A stretch of DNA of 64,000 bases from Octopus sinensis (GCF_006345805.1 NC_043022.1:12896001-12960000), one strand, 5' to 3'; positions 11,601-24,042 are shown, numbered from the stretch's first letter. The notes: a model not told the origin generated them from the sequence alone. Made by a program: numbers and translations.

Positions 11601-11921
11601 AGTATAGAACATGCTTAACCCTGTGGTTAAGAAATTCATTTTGTAACCCCATAGTTTTTAGTATGTTGTGTACAACACCTTGAGCAAGTATCTTCCATTA
11701 TAACCTTAGGTTGTGAATATAATTTGGTAGGTGAGAAATAGATGAAAACTGTGGAGGCCCATCCTGTGTGTGTCTCACCAATTTTTTCACAGCAGCTGCT
11801 GACTGGTTGTGCTGATCCACCTCCGACAATAGAGAGCAGTCACCAAATTCCCTTCCATATAAGCTAACTCTGATCGTAAAGTTATATAATTGGACTGTTA
11901 CCTAACATATATATATATATA

Positions 11922-12338
11922 CTAGCAGCTAAGCCCAGTTTCACCCGGTCTGTTTGGATGATGTGGCTGTGATTGTTTTTGGTTAGGCATAATCTATAAC
12001 AGTGTTTGTCAACCTTATCATTTCGGGTCCCCTGTTTCAATTGGAGCCTCCAACTATATGAAAATTTCCTGACCCCACCCCGTCAGAAAACAGCCTCTAA
12101 GCAACTGGTTGTTTTAATGGCAGAAGAAAGAGGGAAATTCCATTAGAAAAAGTTTTAATCGATTTTTCTCAGTAAGTATGGGGGTTTGGAAAAAAATACA
12201 AACTGCATTCCAATCTATGCACCTGTCTGCACATGTATGCCCTTTTTCACGTGAATCCACCCAGCCATTTGGCTGTGAACCTCAAGACAAGAAAGAATAC
12301 AACAATCGCCCTTGTCCAATTTATATTATATATATATA
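11922..12338 (-). mobile_element. Non-autonomous Helitron-like element
   Basis: Minus strand starts T.TATATATATAATATAAATTGG and ends GACCGGGTGAAACTGGGCTTAGCTG-CTAG then T. Confidence 0.45.
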
Positions 12339-12683
12339 AAAATAGGGATGACAAAGGAATGAGCAATTATGTTATGAACTTCTTTAGCTTAGAACTTTTT
12401 CTGCTCTAAGCTGCTCTAATGCACTCATACTTAAGTGCTTGAGTATCATCTAACAGCAGAAACAGCTGTAAGCTAATGACATTGTTTATTCCTTTGTCGT
12501 TCCAATTTTCTATTACCATTCTGTGCTCAGCTGATGCTTTGTTCAGAAGCTTATGTACATTGAGTTCTAACACCAGGTTATTAACATCACAATGCCCAAG
12601 CAATGTGTGTGTGTGTGTATTCAAATATGAAATAGAAGCAGCACTTGTTACTTAATATAATCGTTGTATATATGTATATACAT

Positions 12684-12935
12684 GGAGGCACGTGGCTTAG
12701 TGGTTAGGGTGTCAGCATCATGATCGTAAGATTATGGTTTCAGTTCCTGGACCAGGTGACGTGTTGTGTTCTTGAGCAAAACACTTCATTTCACATTGCT
12801 CCAGTCCACTCAGCTGGCAAAAATGAGTAACACTGCAATGGACTAGAGTCCAGTCCAGCTGGGGAACACATACGCCATAGAAACCAGGAAACCAGGCCCA
12901 TGATCCTGGCTAGGCTTTAAAAAAGGGTGCATTTT
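12684..12935 (+). mobile_element. SINE family F (tRNA-derived)
   Basis: GGAGGCACGTGGCTTAGTGG A-box; central GTGTTCTTGAGCAA.ACACTT; inverted copy at 41075-41323. Confidence 0.8.
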
Positions 12936-12940
12936 TCTGT

Positions 12941-13250
12941 GGAGGCGCAATGGCCCAGTGGTTAGGGCAGCAGACTCGCGGTTGGAGAATTGCAGTTTCG
13001 ATTCCCAGACTGGGCGTTGTGTGTGTTTATTGAGTGAAAACACCTAATGCCTCACGAGGCTCCGACAGGGGGTGGTGGCGACCCCTGTTGTACTCTTTCA
13101 CCCCAACTTTCTCTCACTCTTTCATCCTGTTTCTTGAGTAATGCTGCGATGGACTGGTGTCCCGTCCAGCTGGGGGGAACATATGCACCACAGAAACCGA
13201 GAAACTGGGCCCATCAGCCTGGCTAGGCTTGAAAAGGGCGCATAAATAAA
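12941..13250 (+). mobile_element. SINE family D head with V-SINE-like GCGATGGACTGG..CCCGTCCAG and family F tail
   Basis: TGGCCCAGTGG A-box, GTTTCGATTCC B-box; head shared with 15200-15372, tail shared with 12830-12935. Confidence 0.75.
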
Positions 13251-13928
13251 TATGTATATACACACACATACACAAATGTATGGTTGTGGTGCCCTTAATA
13301 CTCAGCATACTTATAGGGTTGCTGTTGTAGCATGCTGTTGCATGTGGGTGTGGGTGTATGCATACACGCACACACACACACATACATAGAGGAATGCATT
13401 TTAATTTACAAGTGTGCTCAAAACATCAAGTAGAGTTTATATTTATATTTTTGAAGTCAGCCTTTCCCAGTCATGACTTGGCTATCGAGTTTGCCTAGTG
13501 GAGGAAACATGAAGCATAATAATTCCAGCTTGTAAAACAAAATATATGTAATGAAGAGGAGGACATAGGCTAAAGGAGACTTGTTAGTCTTGTTGCAAGG
13601 GAGGGACAACTTGTCTAGGGCTGGTTCCACAATGAAGTGTATTCTGTTCATGCTACAAAGTAGTTGCTGATACAAGGGGCATCCAACCATGAAAACCCCA
13701 TCAAAGGAACATACATAACAACACGGCTGGCTGGTTATTCTGTCTGTGTGTCTCGGATGATAGATTGTGATTGGAATAAGAACTGTTTTGGCGTCACCTA
13801 TCTGGTGTCATTTATTTTGCATCAGATGTTTTCATCTTTCTCTCTGTCTCTCTCTGTTTTTTGTATATAAGGAGAGGGAAAGTGTTTGTCAACCATGTTC
13901 AATTAATCAATTGTAACGTAGTGCTCTC

Positions 13929-13966
<38 letters not shown>

Positions 13967-14281
13967 TTTCTCTCTCTCACTTTCTCTCTCTCACTTTCTC
14001 TCTCTCTCTTTCTCTCTCTCTCTGTATATTTCTGCACATACATTTATATGTTTGCCTCCACTGCCAAAACATTTTGTCCCCAAAACAGGCTGAAGTCCAC
14101 TCAGGCATGCCAGATCATCACCATCCGAAGAGCTGTACTCAAGTTTGTTAAACCTGTACCAACATAAAAAAAACAAAAACAAAAAAAAACATCAAATAAC
14201 GATGTTATCTCTTAGTCGGTGTGGTGGTCACATCTTGATTGTCGCTTTCATTACGCTTTGCCTGTGTACACTCCAACCTTC

Positions 14282-14464
14282 TTCAGGTGTCTTGTGATTC
14301 ACTTTAATACCTTGCCTGGAATTGAACTTAGAACCTCTAGGTGACTGCAGTGCATTTTACTGCCTTTATCCACTATAAAGGCACTGCTTAATGCCATGCA
14401 GTCACCTAGCAGTTCTGTGTTCAATCCTAGGCAATGCATTAAGGTGAATCACAAGACACCTGAA
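14282..14464. repeat. 183-bp imperfect palindrome
   Basis: TTCAGGTGTCTTGTGATTCAC...GCCTTTAT-CCACT-ATAAAGGC...GTGAATCACAAGACACCTGAA. Confidence 0.85.
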
Positions 14465-14612
14465 ACCTAGCGGAAGTAGCAACTAACATGAGGACACCAC
14501 CCTGATGAATCCATAATATAAGAATCCCTCATCTGAGAAATATGGAATTGTTTATAAAATAATGTATAAATATTTTATTAGAAACTTCCTAATTCCTGTG
14601 CACTCTGATTTG

Positions 14613-14828
14613 TTACTGAATTGGAATAAAAATTTTAGGCCTTGCATTTCATTTGTTTGTGGAATCGTGAAGATTTTTAAGTATATAGCTCTTCTCCATT
14701 GTACATAAATTGTATCTTTTGTTCATGTTCTTGGATGATCTGTACTTCTCAAGGACTTTCTTTGTGATGATGAAATCAGCAACAGGTAGTATTTTCTTCG
14801 AAATCCCAAAGAATATAATTGGACAATT
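14613..14828 (-). pseudogene. Penelope-like retroelement GIY-YIG endonuclease C-terminal remnant
   Basis: Manual translation: ..KKVLEKYRSSKNMNKRYNLCTMEKSYILKNLHDSTNK*NARPKIF. Resembles the PLE C-terminus pattern (ILxK..CxLCxxEKxxI..NxRxE); one in-frame stop. Confidence 0.55.
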
Positions 14829-15091
14829 TCATTATACGCCTCTTTTCTCTGTACCTGGAAACAGAAAGATAGCTGAAGCACCATTGCTAGAAATCATCAC
14901 AATTCTGCTAACCATTTAAATTTAAGTTCAGGAATTTTTTACAAAATACTGTGCAAGCTTGATTGTGTGGTTAAGAAGTTTGCTTCCCAACCATGTGATT
15001 TCGGGTTCATCCTGAATGCATGGCACCTTGGCCAAGTGTCTTCTATATAACCCTGAACTGATCAAAATTCATTGAGCGTGTGTGTGTATAT

Positions 15092-15372
15092 CACGTGATC
15101 ATGTGACCGACCAGTCCATCAGATGTAGTTGCACATCGCTGGTCACAATGCGTTCGCATTGTTTTAGCCTTCGAGTGACGCCAACAGAAAAAAGAGTGGG
15201 AGAAAGAGTGGTGAAAGAGTACAGCAGGGATCACCACCATCCCCTGCCGGAGCCTCGTGGAGCTTTTAGGTGTTTTCACTCAATAAACACTCACAACGCC
15301 TGGTCTGGGAATCGAAACCGCGATCCTACGACCACGAGTCCGCTACCCTAACCACTGGGCCATTGCGCATCC
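15092..15372 (-). mobile_element. SINE family D
   Basis: Reverse complement of the 12941 head; different tail ending CACGTGAT. Confidence 0.8.
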
Positions 15373-16593
15373 ACGTGTGTATATACACATACATATATAC
15401 ATACATACACCAAATGACAAAGGACCAAGGTATCTGGTACTTTGTACTCAAGGAGACCCATCATCCACAGTAGAAGTGTTAATGCCACTCTCCCTGCTAA
15501 AGAGGATTGACCTGCAAGCTCTCTGTGCCAGTGGCACATAAAATGCACCCAGCACACTTTGTGAAGTGGTTGGCATTAGGGAGGGCATCCAGCCATAGAA
15601 ACCAAGCCAAATCAGACTGGAATGTGGTGCAGCTCTCCTACTTACTAGCTCTGGTCAACCATCCAACTCTTGCCAGGATAGGAAACAGACATTAAACGAT
15701 GATGATGGTGTGTTAGTAGGGTAGCGTCTCCTTGTTTTGGCATCTCATAATATTTGTAAACAGATTACTTCATTTCCTGTTTTCTATGAAGACATATCTG
15801 ACCATAGAAACAAGTGGGCTCTAATGATAACCTCAGCTAACAACCATTTACTCCCCTTCTGGGGTTACAGGAAATATTTCTAGACACGCTGTGTACCTGT
15901 AGCAAACTAATCAATACCTCCTACTGCTAAGGAGTATTTACTCCCCTTCTGGGGCCACAAGAAATATTCTTAGACATGCTGTGTACCTGTACCAAACAAG
16001 TGAATTATTGCCAGGACTAAGTGACTTTGCCAACAACTTGTGCCAAGTTAATCTGATAAATACCAATTCACTTGTTGATGGAAGCATTAAGTCATTAAAA
16101 TCAACTACAGCTGTTTGTATGTACCTGTGTATGTACCTGTGTGTGTGTGTGTGTGCATGTATAGGTGTGTATGTGTGTGTACATGCATGTGTGTGTACAT
16201 GTATGTAAGTGAATGTGTGTGTGTATGTTTACATATGCATGTATGTATGTTTGTGTGTGTGTGTGTGTGTGTGTGCGTGTGTATGTATGTGTGTGTACAT
16301 GTATGTAAGTGAATGTGTGTGTGTATGTTTACATATGCATGTATGTATGTTTGTGTGTGTGTGTGTGTGTGTGTGCATGCGTGTGTGCATGTATAGGTGT
16401 GTGTACATGTATGTATGTGAATGTGTGTGTGTGTGTGTATGTTTACATGTGCATGTATGTATGTTTGTGTGTGTGTCTGTGTTGTGTGAATTTTCCCACA
16501 TTTTACTTAACATAAAAAATAAATAAATTTAGAAAACTAGTTTTTGGTTTTATAGTGTAGTTTGTGAAGTTCTTTGTAAGTATTTTGTGTAAT

Positions 16594-17020
16594 AAAGCTG
16601 GGTGGATGGGGGTAAAGTTGGGTAGATGAGTGGGAGGAGAATAAATCAGGGTGGATGCATGTGTCAGATAAGCAAAGTTGGGGTGGTTGCACATAGCAAG
16701 AGCCAAGCTGGAGTGTTTGCATGTTGTGGGAATGAAGCAGGGTGGATGTGCATAGCAGGAGTGGTTATTCATTGCTTGAGTGAAGTTGGGTGGATGCATA
16801 TAGAGAGAGCAAAGCTGGGTGGTGGCATGTAGAGGGAGCGAAGGTGGGTGGATGTGCATAGAGGGAACAAAGTTGGGTAGATGTGCATAGCTGGAGCAAG
16901 ACTGGGGGGTGGAAGTGCATGGCAGGACTGTAGCTGGGGGTGGATGTGCATAGCAGGGAGTGAAGCAGGGATGGATGTGTGTGACATGAACAAGGTTTGG
17001 GGTGGATGCATGGCAGAATA
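16594..17020. repeat. Degenerate ~28-30 bp G-rich minisatellite
   Basis: Recurrent AAG.TGGGTGGATGTGCATAG units. Confidence 0.75.
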
Positions 17021-17221
17021 GTAACCATTTAAAGAACTGTTGGGTAAGCTTTCAAACTTGGGGTAAGCTTTTCTAAGAATGAACATCATTGAAATCCCTT
17101 AATAAAAATAAATGTTTTGGCTTCAACTGAAGTCTGAGGATACATTTAAATGTAGGAACAGGGTTAGGGTATTTAAAGGTAGTTGAGAAATGTTCCCTTC
17201 TACATGTAGAGGTGTGGGGTA

Positions 17222-17539
17222 GGGTGGAGTGAAAATTAAAATATTGTAGAAATTGAAAATGCCTGAGGGTTAATTAAATGTTGCTATTTTTGATTACTTG
17301 AAAAATGCTAAATTTTTGCTGGGATCAATGAAGGGCATTTACTCCCTTGAGCCCCCTAAACTCCAAAAATGGGGGATTTTTGTAAATTTTTTACAATAGC
17401 AGAGTTTGCAGGGTTTCATGGAGTAAATGCCCTTGACTGATCAAAACGAAAATTTATCATTTTTCTAGTAATAATATATAGCAAGATTTTAGGCCTCGGG
17501 CATTTTCAATTTGCACAATTTTTCATTTTCACTCCACCC
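17222..17539. mobile_element. Fold-back MITE with long TIRs, TA-flanked
   Basis: TA|GGGTGGAGTGAAAAT...ATTTTCACTCCACCC|TA; internal IR GGGCATTTACTCC / GGAGTAAATGCCC. Confidence 0.75.
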
Positions 17540-18130
17540 TAAATTATACACTCTATATACCCGCATGCACATACATTATAAATACCCTGATGCAGTACCA
17601 GGCAGTGGCTCCCATGGCTTCTCATCTTAACTGATTGGAAGTATTATCATGTTTTGTCTTGGTATAAAAGTTGGGCTACAGCAAATATTCTGCTCAATAC
17701 CACAGATTTGCTTGTCAATTGTTTGACCTTAACCAGTTGAGCATGTCCCTTAGTGGCTGACACTATGTGCATCTCTGATCACGAGCAGAAGTAGTGGGGG
17801 AGCATGATAGCCATGTGTTGAGAGGAATTATTTGAGGTTTGGATAATTCATCTTTGAAAACATGGGTGTTTTGTTCAACATCCTTAAACAACCCTTATTC
17901 AGGGACCTTTTGAGTGGGATGGGCTACTCAACCTAAAAAAAATTCTAACTGGGCCCCACCTGCAAGGTCATGCGCTGTTTATCTTGATATGAGATCACCA
18001 TGTCACGCACATATGGTTATGTTGCATGTGCCTGGAGTACCCTTATCAGACGGGTAGTCATGATGGGTATACTGGGCTTCGTATATTTTACCCCAGTGTC
18101 AATTTCATGGCATGCACTGCTCTCTCACTC

Positions 18131-18167
<37 letters not shown>

Positions 18168-18560
18168 TCTACTGTGGGCACAGAGCCTGAAATTTTGGGA
18201 GAGTGGGCTAGTCAGTTATGTTGACCCCCAGTGTTTAACTGGTATTTATTTTATCTATTCTGAAAGAATGGAATGCAAAGACAGCCTCTGTGGAATTTGA
18301 ACTCAGAATGTAAACATGGACAAAATTCTTAGCCGCATTTTGTCTGTGTTTGCATTCTACCAGCTCACTACTTTCATAATGATAATTATTATTTCTAATG
18401 TAGACACAAAACCAACAATTTGTTTTTTGGAGGGGAGGGGCAGATAAGTCAATTACATCACCCCCACCACTACCACCAGGACTTGACTGGGACTTTATTT
18501 TATTGACTCTTAAAAGGATGAGAGGCAAAGTTGACACTTACTCTCTCTCTCTCTCTCTCT

Positions 18561-18960
18561 CTCTTTTACTCTTTTACTTGTTTCAGTCATTTGACTGCGG
18601 CCATGCTGGAGCACCGCCTTTAGTCAAGCAACTCGACCCCGGGACTTATTCCTTTTGTAAGCCCATTACTTATTCTATCGGTCTCTTTTGCCGAACCGCT
18701 AAGTAACGGGGACATAAACACACCAGCATCGGTTGTCAAGCAATGCTAGGGGGACAAACACAGACACACAAACACACACACATATACATACATATATATA
18801 CGACGGGCTTCTTTCAGTTTCCGTCTACCAAATCCACTCACAAGGCTTTGGTCGGCCCAAGGCTATAGTAGAAGACACTTGCCCAAGGTGCCACGCAGTA
18901 GGACTGAACCCGGAACGATGTGCTTGGTAAGCAAGCTACTTACCACACAGCCACTCCTGC
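18561..18960 (-). mobile_element. SINE family A, full length
   Basis: As 8908-9305. Confidence 0.85.
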
Positions 18961-19418
18961 ACGTACTTGTGCAATTTGAACATGGACTGTAAAGAGCTAG
19001 AAGTGATACGTGCCACGAAGCTTTTTGTCTGACATACTAAGAAACCCGCTGCTAGTTTGCCACATTATTTTGGTAACTAAGTAAATATGCGAATAAAAAA
19101 ATGAAATAAAAATAAACGCAGTAATAATGTGGAAATTCTAAATTCATTTTGCAGGGGATTCGGTTGCTACTTTGGAGTAAGGTCAAGTTTCTCCATGGAA
19201 GCTAGAGTGAGGTGGGGGGGAAGAGGGGGAATGCATCTGTTATATTTCATCTAAGGTCAAGTGGCAAGACAAAACAACGGCTGTACCCACCTCCCACGTC
19301 CTTCTCCCTCTCTCTCCCCCACCAAGTCCATTCCACCCCCGCTGCCCCATAACTTGTTGTAAATATATAACAAGTCTCACCAGTTATCTACTTGACTTTT
19401 GTACTAACCATGATTTCA

Positions 19419-19456
<38 letters not shown>

Positions 19457-19560
19457 TAATCAGGTTTGATAAGTAATTAATAGGCACTAATAATAAAAGC
19501 CTCTAAAAAGGCCTCTCTTATTTCACACGCTTTATTTTTAATTTGATGTTTATTTGTAAA

Positions 19561-19604
<44 letters not shown>

Positions 19605-19685
19605 GCGATATCGCGTTTCCACGCTTTTTATCTTTTTCTTCTTTTCTGTCTTTTAAATTTCTATACCTGTGTTCGTATCTATACA

Positions 19686-20290
19686 AAAGGCGACGAGCTG
19701 GCAGAAACGTTAGCACGCCGGGCGAAATGCTTTACTACCCACAAGGGGCTAAACACAGAGAGGACAAACAAGGACAGACAAATGGATTAAGTCGATTACA
19801 TCGACCCCAGTGCGTAACTGGTACTTATTTAATCGACCCCGAAAGGATGAAAGGCAAAGTCGACCTCGGTGGAATTTGAACTCAGAACGTAACGGCAGAC
19901 GAAATACGGCTATGCATTTCGCCTGGTGTGCTAACGGTTCTGCCAGCTCGCCGCCTATATTTCGTCTGTCGTTACGTTCTGAGTTCAAATTCCGTCGAGG
20001 TTCGACTTTGCCTTTCATCCTGTCGGGGTCGATAAACAAAGTACCAATTTCTTTACTACCCACAAGGGGCTAAACACAGAGGGAACAAACAAGGGCAGAC
20101 AAACGGATTAAGTCGATTACATTGACCCCGGTGCGTACCTGGTACTTAATTTATCGACCCCGAAAGGATGAAAGGCAAAGTCGATAAATAAAGTACCAGT
20201 ATCGCACTGGGGTCGATGTAATCGACTTAATCCGTTTGTCTGTCCTTGTTTGTCCCCTCTGTGTTTGGCCCCTTGTGGGTAGTAAAGAAA
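19686..20290. mobile_element. Family C SINE (+) interrupted twice by antisense family C copies
   Basis: Host pieces ~19686-19729, 19957-20046, 20180-20290; minus-strand inserts ~19730-19955 and 20047-20179. Confidence 0.8.
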
Positions 20291-20339
20291 TATATACATT
20301 TATGCACACATACAGTAAATCGACATAAAGTAATGGTGG

Positions 20340-20763
20340 GGGGGAGGTATCAAAAAGCTCCCAGACTATGTTTAATAAAAACAATAACTTATTTTAGAGC
20401 GACTTATAAACAGTAGCTGCAACACATCGGGACGTATATTTGCCATTTAAATATGGCTAACCCCTAAGGGTGGATGCTACTGTAGTTTGTTGCCCCAGGA
20501 GTGTGTCTAAGCCAGCAGGAGGAGTTGTCCTCCTGGGGCTACAAACTACAGTAGCATCCACCCTTAGGGGTTAGCCATATTTAAATGGCAAATATACATC
20601 ACAATAACTTATTCACCTAAGTTTTAACCTCGTCTCCTTTGAAATAGTCCCCTTGCACAGCAATACACCAGTTCCAGTATTCCTGGTACTTTTGGAATCC
20701 AGCCTGGAAGTGGTTTTTCATAAGCAAGTGGAGGACCTTCTGCGATTCACTCTTGAGCTGCAG
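20340..20763 (-). pseudogene. mariner transposase C-terminal remnant with 3' TIR
   Basis: 20617-20763 encodes LQLKSESQKVLHLLMKNHFQAGFQKYQEYWNWCIAVQGDYFKGDEVKT* (mariner W..CI...GDYF end); TIR-like GAGGTATCAAAAAGCTCCCAGAC at ~20344. Confidence 0.75.
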
Positions 20764-21105
20764 GCCATTGCCAGCCTCGTCTGGCCCCCGTGCTGGTGGC
20801 ACGTAAAAAGCACCATCCGATTGTGGCCATTTGCCAGCCTCGTCTTGCCTCCGTGCCGGTGGCACATAAAAAGCACCATCCGATTGTGGCTGTTTGCCAG
20901 CCTCTCCTGGCACCTGTGCAGGTGGCACGTAAAAAGCACCCACTACACTCACGGAGTGGTTGGCGTTAGGAAGGGCATCCAGCCGTAGAAACACTGCCAG
21001 ATCAGACTGGGCCTGGCGCAGCCTCCTGGTTTCCCAAACCCCAGTAGAACCATCCAACCCATGCCAGCATGGAAAACGGACGTTAAACGATGATGATGAT
21101 GATGA
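20760..21105 (+). mobile_element. Family B element with internal ~61-bp tandem units
   Basis: Three GGTGGCAC.TAAAAAGCACC units, then the standard 3' body and (GAT)n. Confidence 0.85.
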
Positions 21106-21719
21106 ATACTAAATGCAGAAAGTACCAAACTAAAAAAAAAAAAATGGGCATAAGTGTTGAAACAAATAAAAGATACTGTGATCAATTTATTCGACTAAAC
21201 CCATCAATGCGGTACCCCAGCATGGTCGTACTCCAGTGAATGAAGCAAGACAAAAGGATATCAGAAAAGAAAACCCAGAATAATAGATTGTCTTCGATTT
21301 TGTTCCATTGTTGTGGGGCATTCCATAGATAGACTTTAGCAGAATAAGGGAGCTATCGATTTTATTGATTCCCTATACCTAACGGGTAAAACCCTCAATC
21401 TTCCTCCTCCCTCCCTCCTTTGAAGGAATTTGAACCCAGAAACATAAAGGGATGTAAGCAAATAGCAAGAATGAACTAGTCTGGTGCTCCACTGAATATA
21501 TTCTACCCTCTCAATCTTGTGGCCACAAACTATATTTTTTTTGTCAGTTTCTTGTAACTTTTTGTTTTTGGGGTTGTTTTTTTGTCTTTCTTTTTTTTCG
21601 TTTTTTTTCTCGTTTTTTTTTTTTTTTGTTTTTTGTTTTTCTCAGCTGTGAAGAGAGTAAAATGAAACCAGATTAAACCAGTTCCATGACTCATTCACTT
21701 AGAATCAACTTCACTTCAC

Positions 21720-22300
21720 TTCTACAAATTGTTTCACTGTTGACTCTGAATTGTCCCCTACCCCACCCCTTTCCTACCCCCTCTTATTCTCTACTCTCTC
21801 TCTTTCTCTTCCCTTCTTACACTTCTTTCCTCTTCTCGTCCCCCCTCCTTTCTAGCATTCTTCTTTTATTACACCCTCTTCTTCCCTTCTCTCTCCCAAC
21901 CTACCCCTCTTTCTCTCTATTACTCTCTTCTCCTCTCTCTCTCCCTCCTATCCTCTTTCCCTTATTACTCCCTTTTCCCTTCTCCCTCTTCCTACTTCTT
22001 CCACTCTCTTTCTCCCTACCCTTCTTTCTATCCTCTCTTTTTAACATCTCGCTCTTATCCCTTCTCTCCCTTTCTACCCCTCTTTTTCCCCCTCCTTTAG
22101 TATCCCCACTTCTCTCTTTCCACCTCTCTCTCTTCCTATCCCTCTTCTCCCACCTTCCTCCCTTTTCTAACCTCTCTTCTATCCCTCTCATTCTTATCTC
22201 CCTTTCTTTCTCTCCCTCCCTCCCTACCTCTATTTTTCTCCTCCTCTAATTTCTCCTCTCTCTCTCCAGTCTCTCTCTCTCTCTCCAGTGTCTCTCTCTC
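21720..22300. repeat. Polypyrimidine (CT-rich) low-complexity tract
   Basis: Direct inspection. Confidence 0.9.
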
Positions 22301-22845
22301 TCTCTATATATATATGCTTACATCAATTTATCTTAAAGTTCTCAGTTTATATGTCATGTGTGTATGTGTATGTCCGTCTCTAAGCTCATATGCCAGGAAA
22401 AACACATTACTAATATGTGTGTGTGTGTGTGTTTGTGTCTGTGTGTGTACATACATGCATGCACATGTGTAACAGTGGAAGTGCAGCCCCCACACAAGCC
22501 TAGTCATTAACATTCCAGTAATATTAACCATAATGGACCAAGATTATTTACTAGTAAAACACATCCAGATCTTTGTTGACTAGGAAAGAGAGGTACATGG
22601 TATATGGTTTCTATTAAACTTGACAGCAGAATCTGAGTGAACAAACCTATCACCAACCCTTATTATAACACCACTACATTTGACACTCACTCTCTCACAC
22701 ACATACACACACATATACACACACACGTGTGTGTATGTGTATATATGTATCACTTTCACGGCTTCTAGTCATTGAAACTGCATTCATGCTGGTATAATTG
22801 TGCAAAATACTCGCACACCCCCAACTAGTATTTTTCCCTTAAACT

Positions 22846-23305
22846 TACTTATTTCTTTATTGCCCACAAGGGGCCAAACAAGGACAGACAAAGGGATTAA
22901 GTCGATTACATTGACCCCAGTGCATAACTGGTACTTAATTTATCAGCGAGCTGGCAGAAACGTTAGCACGCCGGGCGAAATGCTTAGCGGTATTTCGTCT
23001 GCGTTACGTTGTGAGTTCAAATTCCGCCGAAGTCGACTTTGCCTTTCATCCTTTCGGGGTCGATAAATTAAGTACCAGTTACGCACTGGAGTCGATGTAA
23101 TCGACTTAATACCTATGTCTGTCCTTGTTTGTCCCCTCTGTGTTTAGCCCCTTGTGGGTAGTAAAGAAATAGGTACTTAATTTATCGACCTCGAAAGGGT
23201 GAAAGGTGAAGTTGACCTTGGCGGAATTTGAACTCAGAACATAACGGCAGACGAAATACCACTAAACATTTTGCCCAGCGTGCTAACGTTTCTGCCAGCT
23301 CACCG
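22846..23305. mobile_element. Family C SINE (+, 22945-23171) inserted in an antisense family C SINE with 15-bp TSD
   Basis: TSD GGTACTTAATTTATC at 22930-22944 and 23172-23186. Confidence 0.85.
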
Positions 23306-24042
23306 CATTTGCCTTAAACCTACTGTTAATATACATGCTCAGCCTCACTACTCTCTCTCTCTCTCTCTCTCTCCCTGCGCTCTCCTTTTCTAATTTGGGT
23401 AGCCGTGTATCTCCTCTACAGCAAGGCCTGCATTTCTATCCCTCTATCATACTCTAACTCCTCATCATCTGGCACAAACCACTTTCACTCAATATTTCTC
23501 CTCCCTCGGTGGAAGGGTCATGTCTTGGAAGTTATTTGGCAACCTCACTGCTGCTGGCGCCACATAAAAGGACCCAGTACACTCTGTAAAGTGGTTGGTA
23601 TTAGGAAGGGCATCTGGCTGTAGAAACCATGCCAAAGGAGACCCTAGAGCTTAGTGCAGGCCCCTAGCTTGCCAGCTCCTGTCAAACTCATAACACTATG
23701 GAAAATAGATGTTTAATGATATGTGAGAGCGTGTGTATGTATAATTGATCTTCTAAGTCTAACCAACTGTGAATATACTGCTGATGAGACCTAACTAGAC
23801 TGAAACATGTCCGTTACTTTCATCAATTGTCTTTAAAGATAAGCTGCACATTGTCTTTGTTTTCCTGGTAGGAGAGGAAAGTGGGGATTCAGATTGTCTA
23901 ATGTTATTGGAGTTTTCTGCTTTGCCTTTTTTTTTTCAGATTTTAAACAAACTTTAGAGGGAAATGTAAACGCTAGGATGATATCAGTTAATTGAAATTT
24001 TCTATTCACTATATTAAGCATGCGATACTCTACCGTGACACT

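Noticed and set aside
12941-13015. tRNA genes at SINE heads
   Set aside because: A/B boxes continue into SINE bodies and tails, with no complete cloverleaf or acceptor stem.
14500-14530. CTGATGAATCC hammerhead start
   Set aside because: No helix II partner and no GAAA.
17583-18165. ~550-bp sequence with (AAT)n tail as a classified retroelement
   Set aside because: Looks like a repeat, but there is a single copy here with no TSD or coding signal to classify it.
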